DNA of 64,000 bases from positions 233,756 through 297,755 of the IMG/VR virus record IMGVR_UViG_3300028888_000043. One strand, 5' to 3'. Shown here piece by piece: positions 27,688-38,384 of the stretch; position 1 is the stretch's first letter, and each line of letters begins with the position of its first letter. This DNA is from a virus. Lineage: Duplodnaviria; Heunggongvirae; Uroviricota; Caudoviricetes. A program made the position numbers and the translations under genes. The notes beneath the pieces are model-generated. The model ran no database searches. It had not been told where the DNA came from and saw only the letters and a list, made by a program, of their open reading frames with translations.

Positions 27688-30612
27688 ATGGCTTTAGATG
27701 CAGAATTGATTAATTTGAAATCAGCTGGAACTTATCGCTTTGAGAGGGATAAGTCTGAAATTTCAAATGAAGTGGCAACTATCTCTAATTTGAGACTTGT
27801 TGCTGGTTTTAGCAAGACAGGTCCATTCAATACAGTCAAGTTGGTGACTTCTACTGCACAGTTCATCAAGTTGTATGGAAACATCGACCGTTCTCTTGAG
27901 AAGAAAGGTTCATTCTTCCATAGAAGTGCCTTGGTGGCTTTGAGTACCGGTCCTATCCTTTGCTTGAACCTCTTGAACCTTGACCCTGACAGAGACCAGG
28001 TTGTTGAGAAATCATTCTCAGTAAGTTCAGGTGAAGTGAATGCCAAGTCCGTGACCCTTCCTTTACAGTCACTCTATAACACAGACAAGTTCTGGTTTGC
28101 AAGTGACGAGGCATATCTTGATGCCATTGAGAAGAGTCTTGGTAATGGTAACACAACAAGTGGTATTAATGGTGAAAATACAAAAGAAGCATGGAATGAC
28201 AAAATCCTCCACTTCTCCAATGTAGGTAAGAAACCTGTTTCCATCTTGGTGAAAAAGGCAAGTGATTACTCTTCAAAGGGTTTCCAGCTCACACTCAATG
28301 AGTTCTATGGTGAAGGTAATGTTCCTGAATACCTCAATGGTACTTCATATGTAAGTGATTATCTTGTAGAGGTTTATGTTGTTGGTGGTGACTTCGGTCC
28401 TGCTCTCACAGGTAGTACATTCGCTTCTTCACTTGATTTGGATGATGACAATCTTGAAGGTAGCGGTGATGTCCTTACCAAGTATGACATCTATAAGGAT
28501 GAGACAACACAGCAGGAACTTCCTTACAAGAGGTTTGCTTCCGATATTGTTTACCAGTCATTCTATGATGAGAAGGGTTTCATCAGAGGTGTTGATGACT
28601 CAAATCTCGCCAAGTTCTTGAACCTTCCATCAGTTGACCTCCGTGCCAAGTATGTAGGTTCATTGATTCCTAACTTCGTTGACAAGCTTGGTAGGAACAT
28701 CTGGATCCAGAAGTTGGTCAATGATGACACCGATACCATCGGTCTTATCTGTACAGAGAATATCTCTCTCCTTGAGGATGTTGATTTTGATCATGACTTC
28801 ATTGATGAGAAGATTGACCTCATTGGACACAGTGTTTATAACAACCTTGACAATGAGGAAGAGAACACCATTCCTGATATGTCATTTGAGTTCCTCAGCT
28901 ACAAGTTTGACTATAAGGATGAACCACAGGAAGTCAAGGTTGGTCAGGATGTTTACAGAAGTACTCCTGATGCTAATACTGATGCAACAGAAGTTCCGGC
29001 AGAGCATCCATTTGCTTGGGTAAATGTTGAGAATGAGGAAGATATCATCTTTGCTGATGCCAGTTATTTGAAAGTTGGTGCAAAGGTTTATAAGAAAGCA
29101 GTTGAGGAACAGCAGCCTATGTTGTTGAGTGCATCTGCTGATTCTGATTCAGATGTTGATTATGATGAACTCACAGTTGATGAGATTGTGAAGGATGTCA
29201 ATCCATTGGTCACTGAAATTGTGTTTCTTGACAATGAGGACTTGTTCCTTGATGCAAACAATGAAAAGGCATACATCCCAAGGGACAATGAGGTTATCCT
29301 TGACAAGGCTGCCAATGTTGTTGTAGGTGACTATCTCCTTTCAGACTTCTATAATGATGATGAGGGTAAGAAGCATTCAAGACTCACAAGGGTTGTCGAG
29401 GTAAGGAATGTCTATGGTGAGAAGGCAAATGACAGACCTGGTAAGAAGGCTGGTATCCTTGTAATTTGTGCTGATAAGATTTCCAAGACTCGTGGTTCAC
29501 AGGACAATATTGTCATCAAGGTTACCCCTATCGACAAGGTTGCTGACCACTTCCAGTGGATTTGCCTCAATGGTTTCCAGGTAAGTAAGGAAGCAATGCC
29601 AGATGGTACCAACAGGCGTCAGAATGAGATTCTTGATATGATCCGTGAATATCCTGAATTCCCTTCAACCAAGTCCAACCTCTTCTCTGCGCTTATCGAC
29701 CGTGACTATGTACAGTGGAGATACCTGGTTGACACCTTTGGTCTCGGTATCGAGGAAGAGTGTAAGAAGGTTTACACCATCCTTTGCCAGGCCAGGAAGA
29801 GTGCATTCGCAATCGTGAACTGCCCGTCACAGCTTGACTTCAAGAAGAGTCATGATCCTTGGTTCACCAACAAGAATGGTGGTGTCGAGGTTGAATTCAT
29901 CGCCAAGGGTGGTGACCTTTCAAGGAATCCTTCCTTCCTCTTCACACTTCCTAAGATTGAGAACGGTGCATCCTGGGGTGCTTACTACTATCCATATTTG
30001 AGAATCACTGACCTCAGTGCTCCTAAGTCAGTACCTCCGGCAGCATATGTCTCAAATCTTTACATCCAGAAGTACAACAGAGGATTTGCTTGGTCAATCG
30101 TCGCTGGTCAGAAGAGGGGTGTCATCTCCGGTAACCAGGTTGTCGGTGTCGAGGCTACCCTTGTCCATGAGAACAGGGATTGGCTTGAACCAATGGGTAT
30201 CAATGCCATCATCTGGGAGCAGGGTGTCGGTGTCGAGGTTTATGGTAACAAGACTGCAAAGCAGACTCCTGTTTCTGCACTGTCTTCAATCCATGTCCGT
30301 GAGGCTGCTATCTACATCCAGGATAATGTTGAGACAATCCTCAGGAGATATGTCTTTGAGTTCAATACTGCACAGGCAAGAATGGAAATCAAGACATTGG
30401 TTGATGAGTTCCTTGAGAATATGAAGAACAATGGTGGTCTCTATGATTACAGGACTGTTATGGATACAACCAACAACACTCCTGAAGTCATTGACAACAA
30501 TATGGGTGTCATTGACATCTATGTTGAGATTGTCAGGGGTCTTGAAATCATTGCCCAGAGACTTACAATCCTCAGGACTGGTGCTATTGCTGCTGGTGGA
30601 TTTGATGAATAA
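27688..30612 (+). CDS. Tail sheath protein (T4 gp18-like) with large insertions
   Basis: SAGTYRFERDKS, GFSKTGPFN, VPPAAYVS, AGQKRG, GNKT, IHVRE, FEFNT, DTTNNTPEVIDNN. Confidence 0.93.
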   Translation: MALDAELINLKSAGTYRFERDKSEISNEVATISNLRLVAGFSKTGPFNTVKLVTSTAQFIKLYGNIDRSLEKKGSFFHRSALVALSTGPILCLNLLNLDPDRDQVVEKSFSVSSGEVNAKSVTLPLQSLYNTDKFWFASDEAYLDAIEKSLGNGNTTSGINGENTKEAWNDKILHFSNVGKKPVSILVKKASDYSSKGFQLTLNEFYGEGNVPEYLNGTSYVSDYLVEVYVVGGDFGPALTGSTFASSLDLDDDNLEGSGDVLTKYDIYKDETTQQELPYKRFASDIVYQSFYDEKGFIRGVDDSNLAKFLNLPSVDLRAKYVGSLIPNFVDKLGRNIWIQKLVNDDTDTIGLICTENISLLEDVDFDHDFIDEKIDLIGHSVYNNLDNEEENTIPDMSFEFLSYKFDYKDEPQEVKVGQDVYRSTPDANTDATEVPAEHPFAWVNVENEEDIIFADASYLKVGAKVYKKAVEEQQPMLLSASADSDSDVDYDELTVDEIVKDVNPLVTEIVFLDNEDLFLDANNEKAYIPRDNEVILDKAANVVVGDYLLSDFYNDDEGKKHSRLTRVVEVRNVYGEKANDRPGKKAGILVICADKISKTRGSQDNIVIKVTPIDKVADHFQWICLNGFQVSKEAMPDGTNRRQNEILDMIREYPEFPSTKSNLFSALIDRDYVQWRYLVDTFGLGIEEECKKVYTILCQARKSAFAIVNCPSQLDFKKSHDPWFTNKNGGVEVEFIAKGGDLSRNPSFLFTLPKIENGASWGAYYYPYLRITDLSAPKSVPPAAYVSNLYIQKYNRGFAWSIVAGQKRGVISGNQVVGVEATLVHENRDWLEPMGINAIIWEQGVGVEVYGNKTAKQTPVSALSSIHVREAAIYIQDNVETILRRYVFEFNTAQARMEIKTLVDEFLENMKNNGGLYDYRTVMDTTNNTPEVIDNNMGVIDIYVEIVRGLEIIAQRLTILRTGAIAAGGFDE

Positions 30613-30695
30613 TCTTATCGCAAAAATAATCAAAGAGAGAGTGGAGAAATCTGCTCTCTCTTTTTGTTATCATAAATACTATATATTATCTCTAT

Positions 30696-30995
30696 ATGAA
30701 TATGGTACAGAAATATAATGATTTCTTCAATGAGGAAATTCAATTGAATGAATCGGAAGAAAAGATGGTGAATGAAGCAGCGGAGAAGATTGCAGAGAAA
30801 ATCAAGAATGGTGAAACCATTGATGAGGGATTGTTTGGTTCAGTTGTAGGTGGTCTTGCCGGCGCAACTATCGGTCCTGCTATCGGAAGGGCTATCTGTA
30901 AGGCATTGGGTATCACCAGTGGATTGCTTTATGATTTGTTCAACAGTAGGATGTTCACAACTGCTGTCGCAGCATATATAGGATACAAGAATTAA
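30696..30995 (+). CDS. Small late glycine-zipper protein
   Basis: EGLFGSVVGGLAGATIGPAIGRAICKALG; late promoter 30671. Confidence 0.7.
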   Translation: MNMVQKYNDFFNEEIQLNESEEKMVNEAAEKIAEKIKNGETIDEGLFGSVVGGLAGATIGPAIGRAICKALGITSGLLYDLFNSRMFTTAVAAYIGYKN

Positions 30996-31002
30996 TTGAG
31001 AT

Positions 31003-31338
31003 ATGGCATTGACAGATAAGAAAATCCAGGGTAGTACACCTATCAGGGAGTTCCCTGACAAATATAATGGGCTCATAAATGATCTCATTGGAGAGTTGAA
31101 TAATAAAGAGACAAAAATTGCTACTTTGACAAGTAGGATTTCTGAACTTGAAAATGTCTTGGCGACTGAAAGGGCAAGGATAAGGGCGGAGTATCTTGCT
31201 ATGTATAATAAGTATGTATCTGACCTTGAAGAACAATTCAATGCCAAGATGAACTCATTTGAAACCAAGATGTCTTCATTTGAAAGGAGACTGACTGAAA
31301 AATTTGAAGATGAATTTGTTAAAAAAACTGATATTTAA
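31003..31338 (+). CDS. Coiled-coil late protein
   Basis: Heptad-rich 111-aa ORF in late operon. Confidence 0.65.
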   Translation: MALTDKKIQGSTPIREFPDKYNGLINDLIGELNNKETKIATLTSRISELENVLATERARIRAEYLAMYNKYVSDLEEQFNAKMNSFETKMSSFERRLTEKFEDEFVKKTDI

Positions 31339-31340
31339 TT

Positions 31341-33998
31341 ATGGCTGATAGAATCATTTTACTCAAAGACTCTGATATCCTATCCGAGTCAATGCATAAG
31401 ATAAATTATAATTTCAAACTTCTTGAAAATGATACCGCCGTTAATGATTACAGGTGGCAGCAGTATGTCAATTCCATTGACAAGAAGATTGATGGTCTTA
31501 AGAATGCCACTGATTCCAGGGAGAATGCCTTGGCAAGAAATCTTGACAGTTTGCAGGATTTGATTGATTCTATGGCAACCAAGGAAGACATCCAAAATCA
31601 GATTAACAATGCTCTCCAGAATGCCAATGATGAATTGAGGGGATTTATCTCAACAGCGGTTGGTCAGCAGGTCAGTAAGGCATATGGTACTTTTGCCACA
31701 ACATCTCAATTATATGAAGAACTTGGAAAACTTGATTATGCCAGGTCTGATGCCTTTGATGTATTTGAAGCCAAGGTGAATGAAAGGGTGGCATCAGCAT
31801 CAAGGATTGTTGCCAACAGTAAGTTTGCGGAACAGGATGGGCATCTTGTATATACTGATAATACAGTTTCACCATATACAAGTATTGATGATTATTGGAA
31901 TTCATTGGATTCTGCAACAAAAGCAAGTTTGGACCCACAAGGAAATGGTTTGAAAGACCCGGAAGTCCTTGAAGCATTTATGAATTATTGTGAGAGAAAA
32001 TTCTTGACAGTCTATACTGAATTGTCTGCTATCAGGCAGATGGTGAGTGGTAGTGAGGCCAGTGTTGAAATTATGGCAGCTATTGATAAAGATGGTCAAG
32101 CGATTGCTGCTGCTATATTTGCAGAAGCAAACAAAGAAGGTTCAAAAATATTGTTGACTGCTGATCATGTTCAGATTGATGGAAAGAAACTGGGTTTAAC
32201 AGCAGATGATATTCTTATTAGTTCAGAACACAGACTTGGTTTAATTGGAGGAACATTTACAGTTTCATCTGATAATTTTACAGTTGATACAGATGGTAAG
32301 ATTTGGGCAACTGGAGCTGATTTGAGTGGTGACATAACAGCAAATAGTTTCAAGACATCAACAGGTATGACATTTATGAATTCTGATGGTGTTCTTCATG
32401 CTTCAAATGCTGTGATTGATGGAGATATTACTGCAAAGAGATTCAATGCGGATTGGACTGGTGAAGTAAATGGTGATGGTGGTGTTACCGGTCATTTGAC
32501 AAAAAATACCAGTATTGATGGCCAAAGTTTTAATATTGGTATAACAAATGGTACATTGACTACACCAAGTGGTACATATGATCCAACAGGCAACTCACTT
32601 TATATTAAGTTGGCAGATGCTGTACCTAATCAGGGTAGTAATATGAATCCAGCATTTGGAAGTTATCTATATGGTGTTCCTGTATTGTGTATGATGTATA
32701 ATGGAGTAGAATATATGATTTCTCCTGCTTCCTGGTTTAATCCTACTGGTAGTAGTGGTGATACTTCAAATATGAGATTTATAAAGAAGTATGATGCAGT
32801 ACATTGTACATTTAATGGTATTGCAACAGAGTTAAGAAATTATTGTATTCAGTCAACACAAAATCTTGGTGATGGTGTTACATCTACTGTATATATTTTC
32901 AGACCAGATGTATCAAAGGGAGGAAAGACATTTGTTACTATGGGTATAAACAATGGTAAACTTCTTACAGACATAGTTTATCAGTTTACAGTACTCAACT
33001 GGGGTACAGATGGAATGGGAAATAAAGCAACAATGCTTAATGGTGGTTCAAAACCATTGTTATCAAGTACAAATCCCATTAATGGTGTATATACTTTACA
33101 GAGTGCTGTTGGAACTGAAGGTACAAAATTTACCGGTAGTGGTGGTGTACAGACAGTTATTAATGAATCTAATAGAAATGAAATGATATCTTATTTACCA
33201 AAAATGAATAATTATTCTCTTGGTATAAGATTTAATATTTCTGAAAGTGGAAATGATACAAATGAACAATTGCCTACTACATATAGTATTGACAAGATTG
33301 GAAAATTAATGACTGATCTTTTAAAGTATAATGGTAATTTTAATGGTGTAAGTGGTTTGTGGAAAACAAATGCATTCAGAGTAACAGATTCTGGATCTGG
33401 TTCTGGATATAATCATTCATGCATAATAACAAGTGGAAATGCCTCATCTGGAAAAGATTTAGGAAGTAATTTACCATATGAGGGGAATTTAACAAATAAA
33501 GCGCATTTCTTTGATTTTGATGTTGATTATTATCCTGTTTGTACTATTGATACTTATGGAAAAAATCATTCCAATGGAACAAATTATGTGATAGGAAATT
33601 GTAAAATGAATATAATGTGTAAGTATCCTGAATATAGTACTAATAGGATAAAAGTAGGAGTTACTTATATTGATGCAATTGATTATACTGTTGGATATTT
33701 TGATAGTAATAATGTTTGGCATGCACCAAATGATGTTGAATTCTATGTTGATGAATTCTATTTGACTTTGGAATTCAGTTTTGTGTTGCAGTTCAATAAT
33801 GCATACACCAATTATAATCCTAATTCAGCGGAGACTTATCAGAAAATTGTTGAAAGGGTTGTTAAATTCCTGGAAGATTATCAATTCAGTGATATAAAGT
33901 CAAATTATAACAGTGATTTTGCTAATTATGTTAAATTGACTGGATATTTTACTGGTGATAATAACATTGTTGTGGAACTTGTCGATAACTTAAGATAA
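31341..33998 (+). CDS. Putative tail fibre/spike protein
   Basis: N-terminal KINYNF motif, coiled coil, Gly/Thr-rich beta-type repeats (GDITA..), AT-rich C-terminal domain. Confidence 0.6.
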   Translation: MADRIILLKDSDILSESMHKINYNFKLLENDTAVNDYRWQQYVNSIDKKIDGLKNATDSRENALARNLDSLQDLIDSMATKEDIQNQINNALQNANDELRGFISTAVGQQVSKAYGTFATTSQLYEELGKLDYARSDAFDVFEAKVNERVASASRIVANSKFAEQDGHLVYTDNTVSPYTSIDDYWNSLDSATKASLDPQGNGLKDPEVLEAFMNYCERKFLTVYTELSAIRQMVSGSEASVEIMAAIDKDGQAIAAAIFAEANKEGSKILLTADHVQIDGKKLGLTADDILISSEHRLGLIGGTFTVSSDNFTVDTDGKIWATGADLSGDITANSFKTSTGMTFMNSDGVLHASNAVIDGDITAKRFNADWTGEVNGDGGVTGHLTKNTSIDGQSFNIGITNGTLTTPSGTYDPTGNSLYIKLADAVPNQGSNMNPAFGSYLYGVPVLCMMYNGVEYMISPASWFNPTGSSGDTSNMRFIKKYDAVHCTFNGIATELRNYCIQSTQNLGDGVTSTVYIFRPDVSKGGKTFVTMGINNGKLLTDIVYQFTVLNWGTDGMGNKATMLNGGSKPLLSSTNPINGVYTLQSAVGTEGTKFTGSGGVQTVINESNRNEMISYLPKMNNYSLGIRFNISESGNDTNEQLPTTYSIDKIGKLMTDLLKYNGNFNGVSGLWKTNAFRVTDSGSGSGYNHSCIITSGNASSGKDLGSNLPYEGNLTNKAHFFDFDVDYYPVCTIDTYGKNHSNGTNYVIGNCKMNIMCKYPEYSTNRIKVGVTYIDAIDYTVGYFDSNNVWHAPNDVEFYVDEFYLTLEFSFVLQFNNAYTNYNPNSAETYQKIVERVVKFLEDYQFSDIKSNYNSDFANYVKLTGYFTGDNNIVVELVDNLR

Positions 33999-34050
33999 TC
34001 CTGACTCATAAATATATAGAATAGTGTAATTTATTTAATACAGACTTTTT

Positions 34051-35775
34051 ATGGCTGGTTTTACAAATACAAATAGGAACAATTCAAGTAATCCCAATCC
34101 TGTAACCAGGATGCTGCGTCACTTGTCAAGTTTCGGAATGAACTATAAGGATGATGTCATCAAGAATGTCCGTTCCATGAACCTTGACTTGCAACAGCAG
34201 CAGTTACAGACCAATCCTGTCACTGGACAAGTGGGTTCAATCAATGATGAGAACATCCAGGTTCTTTTCGCCAGGATGTCTGCAACCGACCCCACCATAT
34301 CCAAGGGTTACTTCAATCTTTCTGAAGAGAATTATCAGAAGAAGAAGGAACAATTGAGGAAGTTTGCTCTTCAGGATGAGATCGAGGAGATACTTGATAT
34401 TGTATGTGAGGAGAGTATAGTGTTTGACGGTGCGAACAAATTCGCCAACATCAAGCTCAATTACAAGGCTGACCAGGCCATCCTGGATGAGTTCTCCGAG
34501 GAGTATAACAAGATTTACAATTATTTTGGATTCTATGATACTGTCCAGGCCACCGACTATTTCAGGAAGTGGTTGATTGATGGTTTCCTGGCATTTGAAA
34601 TTGTATATAATGAAGACCAGACTGAAATCATCGGTTTCGTTGAGTTGGATCCTGCCTGTCTTACCCCTGGAATAGACCCCAATACCAATGAGAAAATTTG
34701 GTTTGTGAACCAGAGGGTGGGTATCAATGGTCAGACTACCCAGGACCGTATCCTTTATGACTCACAGATTATCTATTTGTCCTATGCAAAGGCAGATACC
34801 GTTTCCAGGATTTCCTATGTGGAGAGACTTATTCGTTCATTCAATATTTTGAGGACTATGGAGGCAACCCGTATCATCTGGGCTGTCACTAATGCATCTT
34901 ACAAGACACAGTACATCATCCCTGTCGGTTCAGTCCAGTCACCGAGAGGTAGGCAGACACTGGCCCAGGCAATGGCGAATTATAAGGAGTTGGTTGATTT
35001 TGACTGGGATTCTGGTGAAATCAAGACCAATGGTCGTCCTATGTTACAGTTCTACAAGGACATCTTTATGGCATCCGAGGGTGGTGAGACTCCACAGATT
35101 CAGAACATTGGTAATGACGGTCCTGAAATCTCTGATACCGAGGCATTGAGATATTTCAGGGACAAACTCCGTCAGGCATCCAAGATTCCTTTCACCAGGT
35201 TTGAGAAGGAACAGGGTGAGGGTGCTTACACTATGAGTGCAGAGGGTATTGCCCGTGAGGAAATCAGGTTCAGTAAGTTTATTGGAAGGTTGAGGGCAAT
35301 CTTTGCTGAAATCCTCATCAAACCTACTTACTTGCAGATGTGTCTCAAGCACAAGAGTGTGATGTCTGATATGAATTTCAGGGTCAACCTTGGACTTGAC
35401 TACAACAAGGATTCGGTCTTTGAAGAGAATAAGGAGATTGAACTTCTCCAGAAGAAGGCTGATTTCATCTCATCCATTATGGGTTCTATCGTACAGACTG
35501 ATGATGAAGGAAATGAGACTCCATATTTTGACCTTGATTTTATGGTCCGTGAATATCTTGGTTTGAGTGATGAGAAACTGCAACTCAACCAGAGGTACAA
35601 GGATGAGAAGAAATTGAAGAAAGAAGGTTATAAACAGGAAGATATAGCGAAGATTCTTGATGGTGCTCCCAAGTCTGACTTTGAACCTGACAAGAAGAAA
35701 AAGAAGGAAAACGAGGAAAATGAGGAAGAAGGTGGAGGAAATGAGGGTGGACAAAACCCTCTGGCAGGACTTTAA
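34051..35775 (+). CDS. Portal protein (T4 gp20-like)
   Basis: FRKWLIDGFLAF, SYVERLIRSFNILRTME, ASKIPFTRF, IAREEIRFSKFIGRLR. Confidence 0.93.
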   Translation: MAGFTNTNRNNSSNPNPVTRMLRHLSSFGMNYKDDVIKNVRSMNLDLQQQQLQTNPVTGQVGSINDENIQVLFARMSATDPTISKGYFNLSEENYQKKKEQLRKFALQDEIEEILDIVCEESIVFDGANKFANIKLNYKADQAILDEFSEEYNKIYNYFGFYDTVQATDYFRKWLIDGFLAFEIVYNEDQTEIIGFVELDPACLTPGIDPNTNEKIWFVNQRVGINGQTTQDRILYDSQIIYLSYAKADTVSRISYVERLIRSFNILRTMEATRIIWAVTNASYKTQYIIPVGSVQSPRGRQTLAQAMANYKELVDFDWDSGEIKTNGRPMLQFYKDIFMASEGGETPQIQNIGNDGPEISDTEALRYFRDKLRQASKIPFTRFEKEQGEGAYTMSAEGIAREEIRFSKFIGRLRAIFAEILIKPTYLQMCLKHKSVMSDMNFRVNLGLDYNKDSVFEENKEIELLQKKADFISSIMGSIVQTDDEGNETPYFDLDFMVREYLGLSDEKLQLNQRYKDEKKLKKEGYKQEDIAKILDGAPKSDFEPDKKKKKENEENEEEGGGNEGGQNPLAGL

Positions 35776-35836
35776 AAAATAACCAAAAAGATTTTTCATA
35801 AATACCATATAAATATACAAGAAAATTCATTATAAA

Positions 35837-37816
35837 ATGAAAGAGAAGAAACTATTGATAGTAGAACGTTCTAATGCTCCGCTTAATTATCAGGTAGAGC
35901 AGGCTCTTAATGAGAATAATGAGCACAGCGATTCTATTGTATTAACTGGACTTTTCACATCATTCAATACGAAAAACAGAAACGGTAGAATCTATGAGTC
36001 TGCTGATTTCCTCCCACATGTCGAGGCATTGAGGGAACAGATTGAGAGTAAGAGGCTTCTTGGTGAACTTGATCATCCACATGGATTTGAGATTTCATTG
36101 GGTAATGTTTCTCATGTTGTCGAAAGTCTTGAATTTGACCCACAGCAGAATGCCATTGTTGGTAAGATTAGACTGTTGAATACAACTGCCGGTAAGGAAG
36201 CACAGGCACTTGTGAGGGATGGTATTCCTTTGAATATCTCATCCAGGGCAGCAGGTACAGTTGACGAGTCCGGACATGTGAAGTTACAGCAGCTCTTCAC
36301 CTATGACCTTGTTGCAGACCCAGGTTTTGCAAATGCACAGTTGAAGAGGGTCAATGAGTCCTATGGATTCGGTGATGACGAGAATATTGACATCTATGAC
36401 ATCACAGAGGATGCCAACACAGATTTGGATCCACATGTCACCAAGACCGCTGATTATGCAGAGCCACAGGCAGAGAAGAATTCCGACACATTGAACACTG
36501 ATTCCAATGCAAACAGTGAGTTCATCCAGTATTCTGATTTCCAGAAGTACAGTGAGCATCTTTCAGAGATTGTCGGTGAAATCCAGTCTGCTATCTCCAA
36601 CATCAAGGATGAGTTGTCAGGTATGAGAGAGAAGGGTGACACCCCTACCGAGAAATTTGATGCCGAGAAGATTGACAACACCTTAATCCAGGATCTCATC
36701 TCCAAGGAAGTTGAGAAGAGGTTCACTGGTGATGGTGCTGCTGTTGTAGGTAAAGCAGAGGCAGCCGCACCTACTGATGAGCAGAAGGTTGCTGACCTTG
36801 AAGCAAAGTTGGCTGCTCTTGAAGAGTCTTACAACAATCTCAAGGGTTATACCAAGTATCTCGCAGAGACTCTTGACAAGTCCATCACCCATCAGGATTA
36901 CATTGCTGACGAGGCAAACAAGATGATTGAACACAACAATTATCTTGCTGAAAATATGAACAAGATTATTGGTCACAATGACTATCTGGCTGAGAAGATG
37001 AATCAGATGATTGCTCATCAGGATTATCTTGCAGAGAACATCAATGACACTATTTCTTATCAGAACTATGTGGCGGAGATGCTTGACAAGTCCATTGATT
37101 ATTCCAATATGCTTGCAGAAGAGCAGAACAAGTCTATTGCTCACAACAACTATCTCGCTGAAAAGATGAATCAGATCATTGACCACCAGGATTACATTGT
37201 TGAGGAAATCAACAAGGGTGAGGGTAACATTGTCAATGAGAAGAAGGATGAGACAGCAGAAGAGGTCAAGACAGAGGAGACCAAGGTTGAGGAGACACCT
37301 GTAAATGAGAATGTCAATACAGAGGTTGTCGAAGAGACCAAGGTTGAAGAGACTGTTGAAGAGACTGTTGAAGAACCAGAAGAGAAGTTTGATGCAAAGG
37401 CATACAGGACCGCCCTTACAGAGAAACTTGATGCCATCCTTGCCGCAGCAAAGGCACAGTATGAAGAGGCCAAGAAACTGGAAGAGGAAGCAGTCAATGA
37501 GTCAAAGAAGAATGTTGACACAAAGAACTTCAACCTCATCAACTATATGCCTGCAAGACTCAATGAGAAGTGGTCAAAACTTTCAGATGAGAGAAAGCAG
37601 GAGATTCTGGCAGAGGCAAGCATGTTTGTGATTAACAACCAGGCAAGTGCAGAGTATTTCTGGAGTACACGTGATTTCAGGGACAAGCAGATTGAATTAC
37701 AGAAGGTAGAGGAATCTGTTGTTGCACAACCAACCGCTGTTAAGGAAAATGTAGTTTCCGATGAAAGACTTCAGGCAATGAAGGAACAAATTCAGAGGAG
37801 AATGAGAAGATGGTAA
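35837..37816 (+). CDS. Prohead protease (gp21-like) fused to scaffold/core (gp22-like) region
   Basis: KNRNGRIY, LGELDHP, VSHVV, ISSRAAG, TYDLVADPGFANA followed by a long acidic coiled coil. Confidence 0.9.
   Translation: MKEKKLLIVERSNAPLNYQVEQALNENNEHSDSIVLTGLFTSFNTKNRNGRIYESADFLPHVEALREQIESKRLLGELDHPHGFEISLGNVSHVVESLEFDPQQNAIVGKIRLLNTTAGKEAQALVRDGIPLNISSRAAGTVDESGHVKLQQLFTYDLVADPGFANAQLKRVNESYGFGDDENIDIYDITEDANTDLDPHVTKTADYAEPQAEKNSDTLNTDSNANSEFIQYSDFQKYSEHLSEIVGEIQSAISNIKDELSGMREKGDTPTEKFDAEKIDNTLIQDLISKEVEKRFTGDGAAVVGKAEAAAPTDEQKVADLEAKLAALEESYNNLKGYTKYLAETLDKSITHQDYIADEANKMIEHNNYLAENMNKIIGHNDYLAEKMNQMIAHQDYLAENINDTISYQNYVAEMLDKSIDYSNMLAEEQNKSIAHNNYLAEKMNQIIDHQDYIVEEINKGEGNIVNEKKDETAEEVKTEETKVEETPVNENVNTEVVEETKVEETVEETVEEPEEKFDAKAYRTALTEKLDAILAAAKAQYEEAKKLEEEAVNESKKNVDTKNFNLINYMPARLNEKWSKLSDERKQEILAEASMFVINNQASAEYFWSTRDFRDKQIELQKVEESVVAQPTAVKENVVSDERLQAMKEQIQRRMRRW
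36860..37210 (+). repeat. About eight tandem 14-aa repeats in scaffold region
   Basis: LAEKMNQIIDHQDY / LAENMNKIIGHNDY type units. Confidence 0.9.
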
Positions 37817-37829
37817 TTCCCAACTGATT

Positions 37830-37862
37830 TGCACCGGATGGGAAACTATCCGGTGCATTTTT
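37830..37862 (+). terminator. Rho-independent terminator
   Basis: TGCACCGGAT..ATCCGGTGCA TTTT. Confidence 0.8.
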
Positions 37863-37889
37863 AATACAAACAAAACCAAACATGAAAAC

Positions 37890-38381
37890 ATGTCAGAAAT
37901 ACTTACATATGTGATAACCAGTGCAATAACATTCCTGACAACCGGTGGTCTCGCAAGTATTATCTTTTTCAAACAACATAAGAAACTAAAAGAATCCGAG
38001 GTCAAGGCTGCCGAAGTTGACATCAAGTCACATGAGGTTGAGGTGAAATCACAGGAGATTAACAACCTTTCGGCTTCCAATGAAGAATGGATAAAACTAT
38101 ACCATAACTGTGTTGAAGAAAAGACCAAACTGGAAGAGGCACTTGCCAATATGACCGACAAACTGGATGAGGTTTACAGGTCAAAGGATATTGCCTGGGA
38201 CAGATACAGTGACAGTAGGGCAGAGTGCAACAAGAAGGATATGGTCATAGCTGAACTCAATTGGTACAGGTGTGAAGTAAATGGATGCCCTTACAGGCGT
38301 CCTCCAAGAAAGTTCGGAGAGATGGACTTCCCCAAGGATGCAATTGACCCGAATGAACATCCAGATCCAAACTATATTTAA
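37890..38381 (+). CDS. Membrane-anchored coiled-coil protein, possibly lysis-related (holin/spanin-like)
   Basis: N-terminal TM helix, coiled coil, C-terminal RCEVNGCPYRRPP. Confidence 0.5.
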   Translation: MSEILTYVITSAITFLTTGGLASIIFFKQHKKLKESEVKAAEVDIKSHEVEVKSQEINNLSASNEEWIKLYHNCVEEKTKLEEALANMTDKLDEVYRSKDIAWDRYSDSRAECNKKDMVIAELNWYRCEVNGCPYRRPPRKFGEMDFPKDAIDPNEHPDPNYI

Positions 38382-38384
38382 GAT

